DNA of 64,000 bases from the NCBI GenBank assembly GCA_038496445.1, contig JALMLS010000256.1, forward strand, positions 1 through 64,000. The letters are read 5' to 3'. Under the pieces are notes generated by a model. That model ran no database searches, had not been told where the DNA came from, and saw only the letters and a list, made by a program, of their open reading frames with translations. Of the stretch, positions 27,225 to 40,917 are shown in pieces. Numbering within the stretch: position 1 is the stretch's first letter; every line of letters starts with the position of its first letter. This DNA comes from Trichosphaerium sp. ATCC 40318. Taxonomy: Eukaryota; Protista; Tubulinea. A program made the translations under genes and the position numbers.

Positions 27225-28980
27225 ATGGACAGATTACCACTCCTTCTCTTATTTGTATCCGTAGCATTATGCTATACGCCTTGCATTTGGAGAGGGATCC
27301 CAGGTCAATGCATTGCTGTAGCAAACTGCACAGGAAGACCAATACCAAAGTAAGACACCGTATACTCCTAGATTCTAGGACATTATTTCCAAAAATGCTG
27401 TATTTACTCTTTTAGCCTATGTACGGCACACGGGCAATGCTGTTTGCGTCGTGCTATACCTTTTACGCGTGGTACATGGCTTGGCTACTCCCAATACACG
27501 AAAACAGAAAGCGATGTTCTGTGCGTACAAACGAAACGCTATAGCGTAATTAGCCTCACTTTTATTGTAGATACGCTATGGTAGAACTTCAAAAACGAGG
27601 AGTTAACAGAGTTTACGTTGATGTTTGGAATCAGGTACGACAACGTTCGAAAATTTGTACTGTAGAGTGATAACAGCGTAACAGGGCATTGTTTACTTTC
27701 CATCGCCAACATTCGAAAACATTTTCGGTAATGGGTCCACAGGGTACTTATATCATCTCCAAAGCATATGATTTATACCACCTATAGAAGGGATATCCTT
27801 GGATGGGCTGTAAATGCCGGTAGACGACTAAACATGTCCGTAAGTGCCTGGAATAAATTACTAATTAGGCAACTTGCCTTTATCCAGCATGATCACACTT
27901 TTTTGATTTCTTGACTTGTTTATTGTCTTATAGTATTTGTAGGTTGTACCTTGGTTTGAATATGGATTTATGGCATCATATAAGTCTACACCTTCCAACC
28001 AGTTTACAAGAGTACTAGATACATCATTGTTTTCTTGAAGCTAAGTTTTTTCGATTCATCTAGTATGTAAGTAGTCAAGGATGGGCTCTTGGTGTATGGA
28101 ATAACTATCTCTGGATGGATCCAAGAAAACCAGCTGTTGTAGATTTCCTTGTAGGAATCATGGCTGGTACGTACAAAGAATAGATGTAGCTCAACATTTT
28201 TTTTTTTCTATTGTGGAAAGATCATTTCCTTGCTACTACTAGTGTTCGGAAGCTAACTAATTACTTTAGATGCTATCAAACTATATCCTAGCGTAAATAT
28301 GGTACAAATCGATGATCACTTTGGCATGCCTGTCTCGCTAGGTATAACAACAGTACTACAGTTGTTTTACTAAGTGTAATATTTAGGCGGTACTAAATCT
28401 GTTGTATCACAAGTATCACGGTTTGTCTCATCGAAAATCAGAAGTGTGGAGTATGGTGCAAAAATATCATTGGCTCCTTCGCCAATAGCATTTTCGAAAC
28501 AGCACGTTGCTGTGCGTTATTTAACAAACCTTTTTATTTCCAAGAAATCACATACTAAACAGCATTGTTTTCGTAGGTTTACTGGGATGACTACGTAGAT
28601 GAGAACCTGTTTGATGAGTATGTACCTCAACTGTATACCACCACTATTCAATCATTTCATTCCTTGATGACACAGACACTACCTGTACGTAAACAAAGAG
28701 CGTAATTGTACAAAACGATCTAACTGATTTGTTTTCTTAAGATATTCTCACAAGCAAAGTTGCCTCTACTCAATATTGCTATCAGGTACATTTCTGTTCC
28801 TCTTTTTTTCTCTACTTACAGTTCCACAGAGGTGTTGGTAGCTCAGCTGCTACTCCATGGGATGCATTAAAAGCAATGATTATTGAGTGCGAAAATGCAA
28901 TTGGAGGCGGTTGTTCAATATGGAAAGACTCTGCAATACTCCAACAATACCCAGACCAATTTTCTCAATTGTGGGGATGA
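27225..28980 (+). CDS. Secreted GHL10/DUF187 (YddW/DigH-like) glycosyl hydrolase with N-terminal Cys-rich module
   Basis: Signal peptide; GQCIAVANC..LC..CC; RGTWL, GVNRVYVDVWNQG, DILGWAV, PWFEYG, WMDP..VVDFL, QIDDHF, VPQLY. Confidence 0.85.
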
Positions 28981-30019
28981 TTACAATTGAAATGTAAGAA
29001 CTAAATAAACCATCACCTACTAAAATCTTATGTTGCAAAAAATATACTATCCGCATCTTCTAAAGTGTCCACCTTATAACGTTTAGTATCAAGATCAAGT
29101 GTAGGTCTATACAGTTTTGTTGTTAGCTTTAGTGCTTAATACAACAAATAAGCACCTCATCATTGTATTGCACCATCACAATTCCGCAAGGTTTTTGTGC
29201 GTAGAATTGATATTGACAAGCAAATATTCTTTCCCCACTGTTACAATTGTTTGTCAAGAGTCTTGGATACATGGAAAACGTCATGATAAAGAGTGGTATG
29301 GAAATGGATAAGTTTTAAAAAGCAGTACAGTTACGTTGATATTGTGAGACATGCTAAGTACACTTCTTATTATGTAATATGATAAGTTGGCTGAGGATGT
29401 ACTAATGGCACACTGCAAGGAGATACAACATTTTTTGTGGAGCCAGGAGTTTTGATGCTGGCGTAGTGAGTAGAGCAAGTATAATAAAGAATACCGTAGC
29501 TTAATACCAAATCTATGGTTGAAGTAGTACTACAATACACTCAATAAGCCACGTTTTTTTTTTGGTGACGCCCTGCATTGTTACTAGCAACTTAATTTTT
29601 GAAGAAACCTCGCTACGTATTACTCTAGGTTTATTGTGCTATCTACAATGCTAAATAGTACTCCATAAAATGGCGAAAGGTTTTCTGGAGTTGAGGTTTT
29701 TTTTTTTCAACCAATCATACGAGATAGAGCTTCGTACGTCACTCTAATATCAGGCTATGTAATAGCTGAACATATCTCAATAATACCAGAAAGTACAAGC
29801 GCTATCGCGTGAATTTTGTTGCTGTGTGAGACCTGACATCTGTTATTAAGGGAGCATGCTCACTACTCCTTTTGTATCACTGCTGGTTATTACGAACATT
29901 GTTGTAGCCATTAATATCTTATTTTACCTCAACAGCCACTTTTATTTGCTGAATGTCCACCAGCCTTATTCGCACTTCATCAATAAATATCAAACAAACA
30001 TAAACAGAACAAGCACCTC

Positions 30020-30293
30020 ATGTCTACTTGTACAACATCAACAACTATGCGTTGGATGGGCCTAGCATTTGATGGGCGTATAGTCAAATACGAAAGAAGC
30101 GGTAATGAGTGGCACCAATATGACAACGGCAAAAAGATTAAGACCTTTATTCACAAGGAAATCATCCTAAAAGAACGGATGTTACAAGGTTCATATCCAA
30201 CAAAGTGGATGCGACATATTGGCTCTCGACAATAATGCAGCGTACTACGGAGGAAAGAAATGGGCTGCTGGTAAATTCTCTGATGATGATTAG
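30020..30293 (+). pseudogene. Small intronless beta-rich protein relic
   Basis: KYERSGNEWHQYDNGKKIKTF..LDNNAAYYGGKKWAAGKF only by frameshifting; family not recognised. Confidence 0.3.
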
Positions 30294-30934
30294 ACTAGCC
30301 GTACAATGTAAAGCTACATTCAATAAAAGTATTATCTTTGCGATACACAAGACCAAACTTTGTTTGACTTTTTTTCTTTTTTGCCTTGTGAAAAGGCAAT
30401 CGTTGAACCTCAGCATTTCCTAAAAGTAAGTTACTGATAAGTTACGGATAACATTCAGAAATCCCAGTGTTGTGATCATCTGTTCGGCATTTCCTTTAAA
30501 TTGGACGCCAGCAGAGTGTCAAAATAGTAATTAAAAATTGCATCACAATGGTGAATAGTACAACGGCCAACTTACAGAGCATCATTACTGTGTTACTGAC
30601 CAACAAGAAGGTAACTATGGTAATTGGTTTTAGGAGGTGTGGGATCTGTGATATGTAAAAGGTGCAACATTCTCAAACTCCCATTTGTTTTTCTTACTTT
30701 GCTCGGTTGTTTGTTTCTCGAAAAACAAGCGAGGATAACAAACTGAAGTTGAATAGAAGAAGCGCACAAAGGAACTAGCAAAAGGGTTGTTTGCAAGCTT
30801 GGACTTTGGTTTGTGCTTGGATAGCATGAGTGCTAACAACAGCATTATCATAAAACAGGTTTAATACGCCGGTAGAAATAAACATCTTTTGTAAATCCCA
30901 CGTGATTATTACTTTATTGACTGTTACAACTTTC

Positions 30935-33124
30935 CTAGAACATTGTTCCTTTTGCTTTTCCTCTAGTACTTTTTTTGTATGGAAACAAAAATGCTGGTCT
31001 CAAAACAAGCACAATTATAATAATAACAATAGCAACAAGCAGTATTACACCTGAAATACTTGCTATTATTGGTACAAGCAACTTATTACTTGATGATCCT
31101 TCTGAATTGCAACGTGATGTATCAAATACAATGACTAACTTGTTACTTTCTAGGCAACTATTAGTTGCGTGTCAATACTTCAATCTGCGTACCAAGAATA
31201 CCTGATGCAGCCACGCAATCAGTGTCCGTCAGTTCTATTGTGGGTAAATCACTAACTTCATTGTCACATGATTCATTGAAAGAAAGGAAATCAAGTGAAG
31301 GTGGGTATGAGAATGTGCCATTGATGATTATCTCGGCATCTATTGGTTTATGTTAAGTTTTTTAAATTGTGAACTCTGGCTTACTTTTTAAGGTCAAACA
31401 ATCAAATGTAGTTATCTCTGAAGGACCGTTGATAGTGATAGTACTATTAGCCCATGTCAAGTTACCTTAAGAGGAATTATTAGTACAAATAGTTCACTGA
31501 ACTCAGTGGTAAGAAAAAAACCAACAATACCTTGTATGTTAAGAGATGAAGATAATATAAGTGTAGGTGGTACCACATATGATGTTGGTACTAACCAAGT
31601 GTCATCAACACATATAGAACTTTGCACATCGGAAGTAAAACCACCACAACAATTGGCATCATTTTGTAACATCAAACAAATACTACTATTGGTAGCGCTT
31701 GTTGGCATACTTGTAGGCATTTGAGTTAAAATAGGTGCTTGTGTAGGGGTATCTATTGGTGATCCTGTAGGACTAATTGATGGTATACTAAATGCATCAA
31801 TTGAAACCAATAGTTGTCCCTGTCCTATAAACCATACACTCGTATCTGATAGTGGGTTCAATGCTACTACACTGAACGATACATTAGTAAAGCTATCATA
31901 GCTGCCTAGTATAATTGAATAAGTAGATCCTACTGCAGACTCAGAAACAACAAAAACTTGGTCACAATCAAATAATGTAAGTCAACTCATTCACATGTTT
32001 GTTAAAAGTACGCACCTGTTGTGTTAACAAACCATAGCTTGTCGACAGCAGAGGCAACTATTGTGTTACTTGCAGGAGATACAATAGTTATTACTGGCGA
32101 AGTGTTGCCAAACATGGTGAAAGACTCAAGGGTTGTGTTATCGCTAATATTGGCTTTAAAAATATCCAGTCAGTTCACAGGCTGGTGAATTACGAAAAGG
32201 TGGTCACGTGCAAACATTTTTGTGAGCCCAAATACCATCATCAAGTCCTACCATCAACCAATCACCCATAAATGTGCAAGCCTAAATATAAAAGGTAAGC
32301 ACCTTTAGCGGTAGCCTTTGAGAAGTGATATACGTACTCTTACAGATGATACAATACTGGCATCTATGTATCCTTTTCTCGTTGGAACTAATGAACTGTC
32401 AAACTCGTAGACATGGAAACCCTTCAATGGTCCATCAGTAATCGCAATTACCATGTATTGATCATAATCGTCGATTGCAATCTGTCCAATATGAGCACTG
32501 TCAGCTGTAACAGTTTGCTCAGCGTTTGTGATGTCAAACGTATCAACAATTGAATACGTTGAAACGTTGAAAATAACCTTACGCAAGGTCAGCACAATTT
32601 TCCATCACGTGATTACACTCACAATGTTATTAAATTTTCCTCCTCCAACGTAAAGATGTGTCTTGTCACCATTAAATTCAAGGCCTTTGATCTCAGTTTA
32701 AAACCAACAAACAAGAAGAAAAAAGTTGATATCTCACCTCCTGGTTGCTCTAGTGTAGTGTCAAGTAGGGCTGAGCCTCGATAAGGTTGTGTGGATGTCC
32801 CTGCGAGGCTTAGAATGCAATGTTTGTAGTTTTCCGTACCAGATGGAGCTAGTTCTGATAGTGCACCTCTCAGCCCGAGTAAAACTTTTTCTTGGTTGTT
32901 TGACGCAGTCATGGCAGAATAACTTCTACTTCCAAAAGAAAGATCTTAAAAGAGCGTGTAAGTAATCTCCCAAGCTTTAAAATACTCATGACGCATCGTT
33001 TTAGCGTTTTAAAACAAATTAAAACGGCTCATAAAGAAAACCGACTAAAGATACTAAAAACGCGATACGTACCTATATGAAGGCATGTAAGTGCGCAAAG
33101 GACCGTAATTAGGCAAAACCGCAT
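30935..33124 (-). CDS. Type-I surface protein (family member, apparently intact)
   Basis: MRFCLITVLCALTCLHI; beta-rich N domain; PT stalk; CCGGFTSDVQSSICVDDTW; GNLTWANS; TM IIASISGVILLVAIVIIIIVLVL; basic tail. Confidence 0.85.
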
Positions 33125-33228
33125 TTCTTGATGAAAAGGGAGCACTAGGACTACCGGTTTACTTTTATCTTTTGTTGATTATCAACAAGAGTGTTGTAGC
33201 GAATTGCCTTTTAGCCAGCGAACCAGAC

Positions 33229-34625
33229 TTAAGGGGGCAGTAACTTAACACAGTTAGCATACCTATACCCAAACGACTTAATAGAAAAAGGTACAAGTGA
33301 TCCCTCAATAGACGCAAACTGTGATACCAGATCACAGTTTACTAGGCAACATGAGGCAACAAAACAAAAAAAAACATCACTTCAAAAGTAAAACAAACTC
33401 GCTGCCAATGGTCAATGGTGGTAAAGCCTTAGACTACCTATACCAGTTGTTTATTTAAAGAAAATGATACAATCAGGGCATTGGAAGCCATTGTACACAT
33501 GTGGTGTTAGTGGTATGACCGTTACTTGTTGTTGTTCATTGAATAGTGCCTTTGACCACGTGGCTTTAACCACGTATACAATAGCTATTGAATGTTATCT
33601 TGTGGTACACACTTAGTTTATTTAATTGCTGTGACTAAAACACTTAGAGTACCTATACCCCAATGACTTAAACACAACTATTGTGTAAGTGTCTAGTAGC
33701 GATCCTGCTGCCAATGGTGAGACTTAATTTCACTTAACCCCCCAGTCCCCTAACACAGTCCCCAGAAATTATATTTGGAAAGTTTTATGTTAAGTCACAC
33801 AGTTTTCAACTGCGCTTTAAACTATATTATACGTTCTAGTGCTTGAGCAGTAGTTTTCCCTGTATCAAACAAGCGCTACACGGGATTATAGTTTGCAAAA
33901 CAGACCCTTGTCCTTAAAACGAATTAATCTTCTCAAGGTGTATTTTTACAAGTGCGTAATACACTTTTGGATGCATAAAAGTGAGTTTAGTGTCAAACAA
34001 ACCGAAAAATCACATAACTTGCCAAAAAAAGCGAAATTGTAAAAACAACATATTTTTATAGCTTTGATAGCGTTTTTGTAACGGCTTATTCGCATTTAAA
34101 GGAAAAAAAAGTCAGTGTGTACAGTTGTAACAAAAATCCACAAAAGGTAGACCTCAGAGTATCTTAGAACGTGTTTTAGAGGTGTTTCAATACACATGCA
34201 AAGATTTAAAGCCTGTTTTAAAAAAAAAACCCTTACTGTTCTTAAAAGTACTGTGTACCACGTTTTTACAGCGTTTTTATACCTCACACATACTTTATAT
34301 GCATTGTAAATAGTAAAGTAGAAATACTACATTTCTCATCCATCGTTATTGTTCATATTCCACTAACACGCTTTTGTACAACATTTAAACCGCTTAGTGA
34401 GTGGTAGGGGTTGGTAGGGGTTGGTAGGAGAAAGTTGCTACAGTTACATTTTTTTTTCTACCTTTAAACTGAACACACAAAGCTGCAACTGTCTACATAC
34501 ACGTAAAAGCATAAAAAAACGTTATTGAAAGCATAGAGAAAGGCATTAACACTCTCATAAGCTTAAAAACTTAAAAATAACGCCCGAAAAAGAAGGCGCC
34601 ATTAAGCCGTGGACTGCCCCCTTAA
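33229..34625. mobile_element. Non-autonomous TTAA-specific DNA transposon, Kolobok-like
   Basis: TTAA|GGGGGCAGT (33229-33241) ... ACTGCCCCC|TTAA (34613-34625). Internal direct repeats acctataccc..gacttaa (about 33261 and 33651) and gctgccaatggt (about 33401 and 33707); (ggtaggggtt)x2.6 near 34403; no ORF. Confidence 0.7.
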
Positions 34626-35624
34626 TTGTACTATGTGTCAAACAGTCAAGACGAAGTCACTTTTTGCAAGAAATGTACTGGAAACCAGGTTTTTATTGAT
34701 CTAGACAATCAAACATATTTGACACTTTATGATATAACTACTACATTCTCAACAAAGTGATTCATAGCATTACATGTTGGAGTCATTGTTACACGTGATT
34801 TTGTACAGCCACACATGATATTGAACTGGTTATTTAGTTGTTTGTTTTCTTTATTACTGAATCATGTATTGATGATGCACGTGATGTACCTGTGAATGGA
34901 TTTTGTATGTAGTCGTGATCTTAAAATTGTCGAAATTCCTAGTAAGCGTGGCATTATGAAAGCCATTGCAATACTGTGCTAGCTTTTGTAACTTCTTCAA
35001 GATGAATACGGTACCCACTATACCAAAACAACTCTAGATACCTCACAATACTGTTTTGGATGATTTTGCAGTGACTCAAAATGGTATTATCCAATGGAAA
35101 AAAGAGAATGAAGATACTCTATGAAGTACTTTTGGTGGAATGAGAACAGTGAGTGCCAAGACTGTTGTATTCAAGAAAGGTACTTCAACATCTATTTATC
35201 ACGTCAAACTACAGAACAACAAAGTTTTGATGATAGCTAAGAGGGGTAAACCAAACGAACCTATTGAGAATAGCACGAGGCAACTTAATGCTTACTGCAG
35301 TTACCTCTAGGTCGCATCAGTAACGTTTATTCAATGTAAAAAAATAAGATAGACAAGTTCAGAAAACGAAAAAACCCCAACTTTCTAACCTCCAAATTAG
35401 GGTCGTAAAAATTCCTTACTAGTTCAAAGTTCTGCAACTCGGAGCTCGTAAAACTATTTAAAGGTACACTCAGTATTGAGCACGTAACAGTACGAAAGTC
35501 GACATCACATCGAGAATGTAACCTGACTAACTTCTATACAGGTATCCTTGCAAATAGCTGTACGTTGATCGTTTAGTGCTCACCAAGTGATTTCCGGCAA
35601 AATCTCGCGGATTTAAGCGGAGAA

Positions 35625-38244
35625 ATGAGTTTTCATCTATTTATGCTTACATGCGCTCTCGTATGCATTCAAATAGGTACATAAACTACATTCTAGTAGT
35701 CCTGATCGTTTTTCTTTGCATGAGTTTAAAGGTCTTTGGCTAAGACTTGATTTTTACTTTCATTACCTGCAAATGCTCTTTACAATTGTTTAATGGCGTA
35801 TAAGCGTACTTACCTTTCTATTCTTAAAAAGACGTTACGGAATCCTCCGTTAGTGGACCAACTACCATTGCACCCACACCCGCACCAATAAGAAATATCG
35901 AATCTATGCTTGTGTCGAAGAATCTAATGCAACTAATTTTTGGCTTTAACTCAAGTGTATATCTGCTAGATGAAGGTAACAATAACCAACAATCCTACGA
36001 TGTTTTTACAAGTTCTTACTAGGGTCCAATACCTCAAGTCAAATTCTTAATGATACCTACCTTGATGGAAGTGGAGAACAACCAAGAGGTAAAAGAATCA
36101 CTTACTACAATTGTTTTCCTTTTTTTTTCTTTATTCTATGTAGACAACTTTTTGGTTTTTATCTTGTTTTTGCGCTTGATGTGTACTTACTTTAATAAGG
36201 GATTGCTTTAAAATACGATAAAAAATATCTGTATGTTGGTGGAGGAAGATTTACAAATATTGTAAGTTGACAACAGATACACACATTTCTCTGGTGATTT
36301 GCATTCTTTTTTTTTTCTTTTTTTTTTTTTGACTTGGTTTGCAAGCGCTTACAAGCAAAAGTACTTTTCTTTTCCGAATAACAAATACTTAGGTCGTTTT
36401 TAATATGACTACAATGGAGTGGGCAGGTGGTTTTAATATCACAAATGCGAACCAATCAATCACCGCAAGCAGTGCTGAGATAGGGCAGATGGCAATAGAC
36501 AAGCTCGGTGTATTTTTTGTAATTACAATTACTGGTGGACCATTACAGGGTATCCACCTGTACAAGTTCTCAGGTTCAAACATTATTCCGAGCAGACACG
36601 GATTCATAAATGGTAGCCAGCATTCATATGTAAGAGTATGTAAAAAACCTAGCTACACCTGGCATTGAAATATTTACAATCATCTAGGCGTGTACATTCA
36701 TGGGGGATTGGCTTATGGTAGGACTGGATAGAGGCGTTTGGGCCCATAAAAACTATGGTAGGTGTTCTTTTTTTACAGGAAAAATAAAGTAATATTGTTT
36801 ACTGTTATCTGTACTTACTACTTGCCTAGCCAATATCAACGATAATACAACTACTGAATCATTATCATTATTTGGTGAATTCTTAAGCGATACAATATTC
36901 GGAGTGACAAACATTGTAGCCATTGAGTACAACGTACTAATAGCAACAACTTATGATGCTGTTTGGAGAATAGATTCCTCTGGTGTGTATAAGGCATAGT
37001 CAACTAAGTAGTCTTTTTCTTCTCATAAGGTTGTGCTTAGGTGCCGTAAAAATTGAAGAAGGACTAAGATACAATTCTTTGGCTCTAGATCCATTCATAG
37101 AGAATACTGTATGGCTTTCATCCACATCAAATACCTCAAGAATATACGATGTTATACCGACGACTTTATCGCCAACAGCGCTCCCACCTCCTACTACACC
37201 GCCGCCTACAACGGCGCCACCTACGACATCATCTCCTACTACAGTCTCACCCACAATGGTGCCTCCTACAACATTGTTTCCAACTACACTCCCGCCCACA
37301 ACAGTGCCGCTTACAATGGTGCCTACAACTCTCCCACCTACAACTTTGTCTCCCATTACCGTCCCACCAGTAGATGAAACACCGACTTCGCAACCGCCAA
37401 TGGCATTACCTCCAACCACATTGCCTCCAACTAGCGCTCCAACAGCAGCGCCAGCAAGCTTTAAAACTGTTGATTGTTATGCTGCGCAAAACAATACCAA
37501 CTGTGTTTGCAATGGTGGTACATCTGACGTACAGAAATCTAAATGTATAGATGGGCGGTGGACACTACAAGAGGAATATATAGTACCGCCTATGCTTTCT
37601 TTGTCCTCATCTATAGTCATACAAGGTAAATACAAATACTAGTGTATCAAGTTGTTTACTTTTTCATAGGCAACTTGACATGGGCAAACAGTGCAATTAT
37701 TGTCAACGGCCCTATTGAGTTGACTACATTCGATTGTTTGACTCTAGAAAGTAAGTTCAAACCTTGATCTACATTGTTGATAATGAACTAACACAAAGAC
37801 AACAAATAGATGCAGAAATAGTGATCAATAATACTTTCTCATACCCTCCTTCATTTGTTTTTCTTACTTTCAATGAATCATGCAATGATGAGATACGCGA
37901 TGTACCTAAAATAACATTCACGGTAGATAATTGTTTGGCTGCATCAGGTGTATTTGGTACGTCAGTTGAATTATCAGAACAGTGCTATGTGTGGTCACTA
38001 ATGGCTTTTTTTAGAAGGCAACAAGTTAATCATAATGTTTGATACTTCATCTTGTGATTCACAGGAATCATCAAATACGTCATACTTGATACCAAGTATA
38101 TCAGCTGTTTTGACAGGCAGTGTAATACTTGCTACAGTGATTTGTATTATCTACGTACTTGTTAAAAGACCTGTGTGGCTTTTTCCATACAAGAAAAAAG
38201 CAAGAAGAGGCAGAGGCACAATTACAAGCATAGAAACTGGATGA
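35625..38244 (+). CDS. Type-I surface protein (family member with expanded mucin-like stalk)
   Basis: MSFHLFMLTCALVCIQI; IGQMAIDKLG; long PTTxx stalk; CVCNGGTSDVQKSKCIDGRW; GNLTWANS; TM then YKKKARR. Confidence 0.88.
37155..37455 (+). repeat. 15-bp (PTTxx) mucin-like coding repeats
   Basis: About 15 PTT-based pentapeptides in ORF 36983-37642. Confidence 0.85.
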
Positions 38245-38510
38245 ACATTCAAAAAAAACACAATCTACAATAAAACTGTGACGCCCATATTTGTACTTTT
38301 TGAAGTTTAGAAACTTGTCAGCTGGCTTTTTGAATCTACTCAGGTCACAGGGTTGCAGGTGCCCTACAACGTGCTGGTCATTGCAATGTTCTTTTTTTGA
38401 CTAGTCAAAGTGATTAAACACAGTTCCTGTAATAAGTTCCTGTGGCGCTTTTGTACCAAAACATAATTTTAATACATCCAATCGAGTTAATCTAAGTAAA
38501 CTACAGCACT

Positions 38511-39574
38511 ATGGCTGAAGAGGAGCAAGAGAAACAACAGTTCACCCACTTACATCAAGATAAAAAAATAACGATAAATCCAACTCAAAATGGAGCAAAG
38601 ATAACTGTAGAAATAGTAGGGTACGCGAAACCGTCAAATGTTACCAATAAAACCAGCATTTACGAACTGAGCCGTGTATAAAAAGTAAACGAAAGCGTCT
38701 TTTTAACGCAAAAACGCTGTGTGTTAACGCTACACGTGTTTATAAAGAGTCGTTTGTTATTTTTGTTTACACGTGATTTAGAGAGTACAAGGTGTACGAA
38801 CGCGCTTTTTCTATGTCTGAACTGAAAGAAACAAGCCAATGGCTCACCTCCTTTGAAGATTTAATACAAATGTTCACTAAGGTATTCGATGGCTCTTACA
38901 ATATGTTTTCGTTAGATGAAGTGAAAGAAAATGAAGAAGAAAAAGAACTAAGAATTACTCTTTCCGTCACTGTTCTGTCACCAACAAAAGTCAATTTCAT
39001 CCTCAAGTATGTCGAGCTACCAGAAATTAAACGACTAAGAATGGTGGTACAAGATTTAAGAAGTCAAGTCAACGACCTTTCAGGGAAGGATGTTGTAGAA
39101 AGAGTGGTAGTTGAACAACCGAAAAAACACCAACCAGTAGTTGCATGCTTAACTGCATTCGCTAAAGATGGAGCACATATGCTTATGTGGAACGGCTGTA
39201 CTATTCCTTTCAACAACAATCATTTCTCCAAGGCAACAAATAATACCCAAGTAGTAGTAAAGGCAGCTGGTACGCCTAATAGCTTTCACAAACAAACATC
39301 AATTCGCTGACTGACATCCTAAATAGGCATATACAAAATACAAGCATTTGTGCACGTGGCGAACACTGGTGCTGGTTCATATGCGAACTGTTATATAGCC
39401 ATAAATGGGGCGCAGAAATTATATGCATGGCTTCACAGTAATATCACATACAACGCATGTACAATGCCTATCATCCTTCAACTCAATGCAAACGATTATA
39501 TTTCAGTAAATGTTGGTCCTAAAGGTTATCCAGATGCCACTAGAAATACCTTACTGATTGAAAAACTTGATTGA
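38511..39574 (+). CDS. Coiled-coil + C1q/TNF-like C-terminal domain protein
   Basis: 3 exons; LRMVVQDLRSQVNDL coil; VVACLTA..NNTQVVVKAAGIYKIQAFV..LQLNANDYISV C1q-like jelly-roll pattern. Confidence 0.7.
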
Positions 39575-39803
39575 ATCACAAACACGCACTGTTTAACAAG
39601 AGAAAACACTTAATAAATAACCTAAAACAAAACAACATATGGTTTCTTTTTTTTATCTTTGAACACGTGATGAACTGATTTTACCTTAAATAACAATTCT
39701 ATTTTAATGTTAAGTGTGCTTTTTAAAAGCCACTCCTGATTTGTAGCACGTGACTTTTCTGTTCAAAGTAATAGTTGATGGTTTTTATTCGACAACGTTT
39801 ATG

Positions 39804-40421
39804 TCAATAACAAACAGTTAATGATTTACTTCCACTGTTTCTTTCTATCATTTTGTAGTTCCCTCTTGCTTTACTTGCTTGTTTAGTTTGAGTTCTTCTG
39901 CAACCGCTCAAAACGATCCGAGAGACTGAATCAAACATTATTTTGCGTGGATTGAGTGATACTGGTTCAGGATCCTGTCATCGAGACAGTTCTCGCCCAA
40001 TAAATAGTCCAGAGTTTCGTATTGTTTCACTTCTACCAATAAGGGTGGGTTCCTTCAGTTTCTTATTGTTGGTATGAGAAATCTTGAGTCAAGGTTCCAA
40101 AACATGCAGCATTTCATTGAGACGCTCATACTGATGAGCTTCTAGAACATTCCGTATAGCATTTTTGAATAGTGTTATTCCATCAGAGCAATAAGAAGAG
40201 CATAGTAGAGCTATAGCAGATTTATTTTCTTCTGCGACATGTCGAATGATCTTCATACATTGTTTCGAAGTTAATCTATCATGTTGTTTCTTAAGAGCTA
40301 TGCTAGCGTAAAGAACTTGATGATTGTTCTTCTTTGCGTTATTGATGTGTTTAATAATAGCTCTTATAGCTTTCTTACTCGCTTTCTCCATATCCTTTGA
40401 TACGAGCATACCATGTATCAT
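39804..40421 (-). pseudogene. Intronless ORF (110 aa) continuing in frame past two TGA stops
   Basis: The frame stays open after TGA 40089 and TGA 39978 until 39804; no family recognised. Confidence 0.35.
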
Positions 40422-40917
40422 GTTGTTGTGTGCGTTTAGGTGTAAAATTAATGAAGACCCAAGAAGAAACTTACGGGTGACCCACGTGCTTTAACTGATT
40501 TTTGTTTTTCCGATGATCCGATACTATAAAGCCAAGGTAAAGGCGTAACTGTATGATACTTCTATTACTCACAGGAGGAAGCACAGGTTAATTACAATAA
40601 GGAATCTATTTTTTTGTGTTCAGAGAACGCTGATGACTTAAGTTGGTTGACGACGTCACTTAAAATCACATAGAACTCATAAACGCACGTGCAAGTGGAA
40701 TAAGGAGAAAACGTGTTTATTGGGGTTTTTTTGTAATCCTCTTGATAATTTACATTGGGTGTTTTTTGTACAAAGTGTAAAGTAAGGTCCAGCTGGTTAC
40801 CTTTTTTTGTGTTGCGTTTTGAAAAAAATCGAACGAAAAAATCGTCATTTATGACGTTATGTCATTTCATAGATTAAACGCTAATCTCTGAATCTTGGCC
40901 TCTTGGACTCACGTCTA

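Noticed and set aside
29089-29104. aagatcaagtgtag matches part of U2 snRNA
   Set aside because: Only about 14 nt; GTAGTA branch-pairing continuation, 5' stem and Sm site are absent.
33734-33765. ttaaccc piggyBac-like end
   Set aside because: No matching gggttaa partner nearby.
34401-34428. (ggtaggggtt)n telomere-like repeat
   Set aside because: Under three units and internal to the transposon-like element.
37000-37419. Gly/Val-rich minus ORF and overlapping plus ORFs
   Set aside because: Alternative-frame shadows of the PTT mucin stalk.
39804-40091. TGA read-through or selenoprotein
   Set aside because: No SECIS or Cys-homologous context seen; nonsense decay is simpler.
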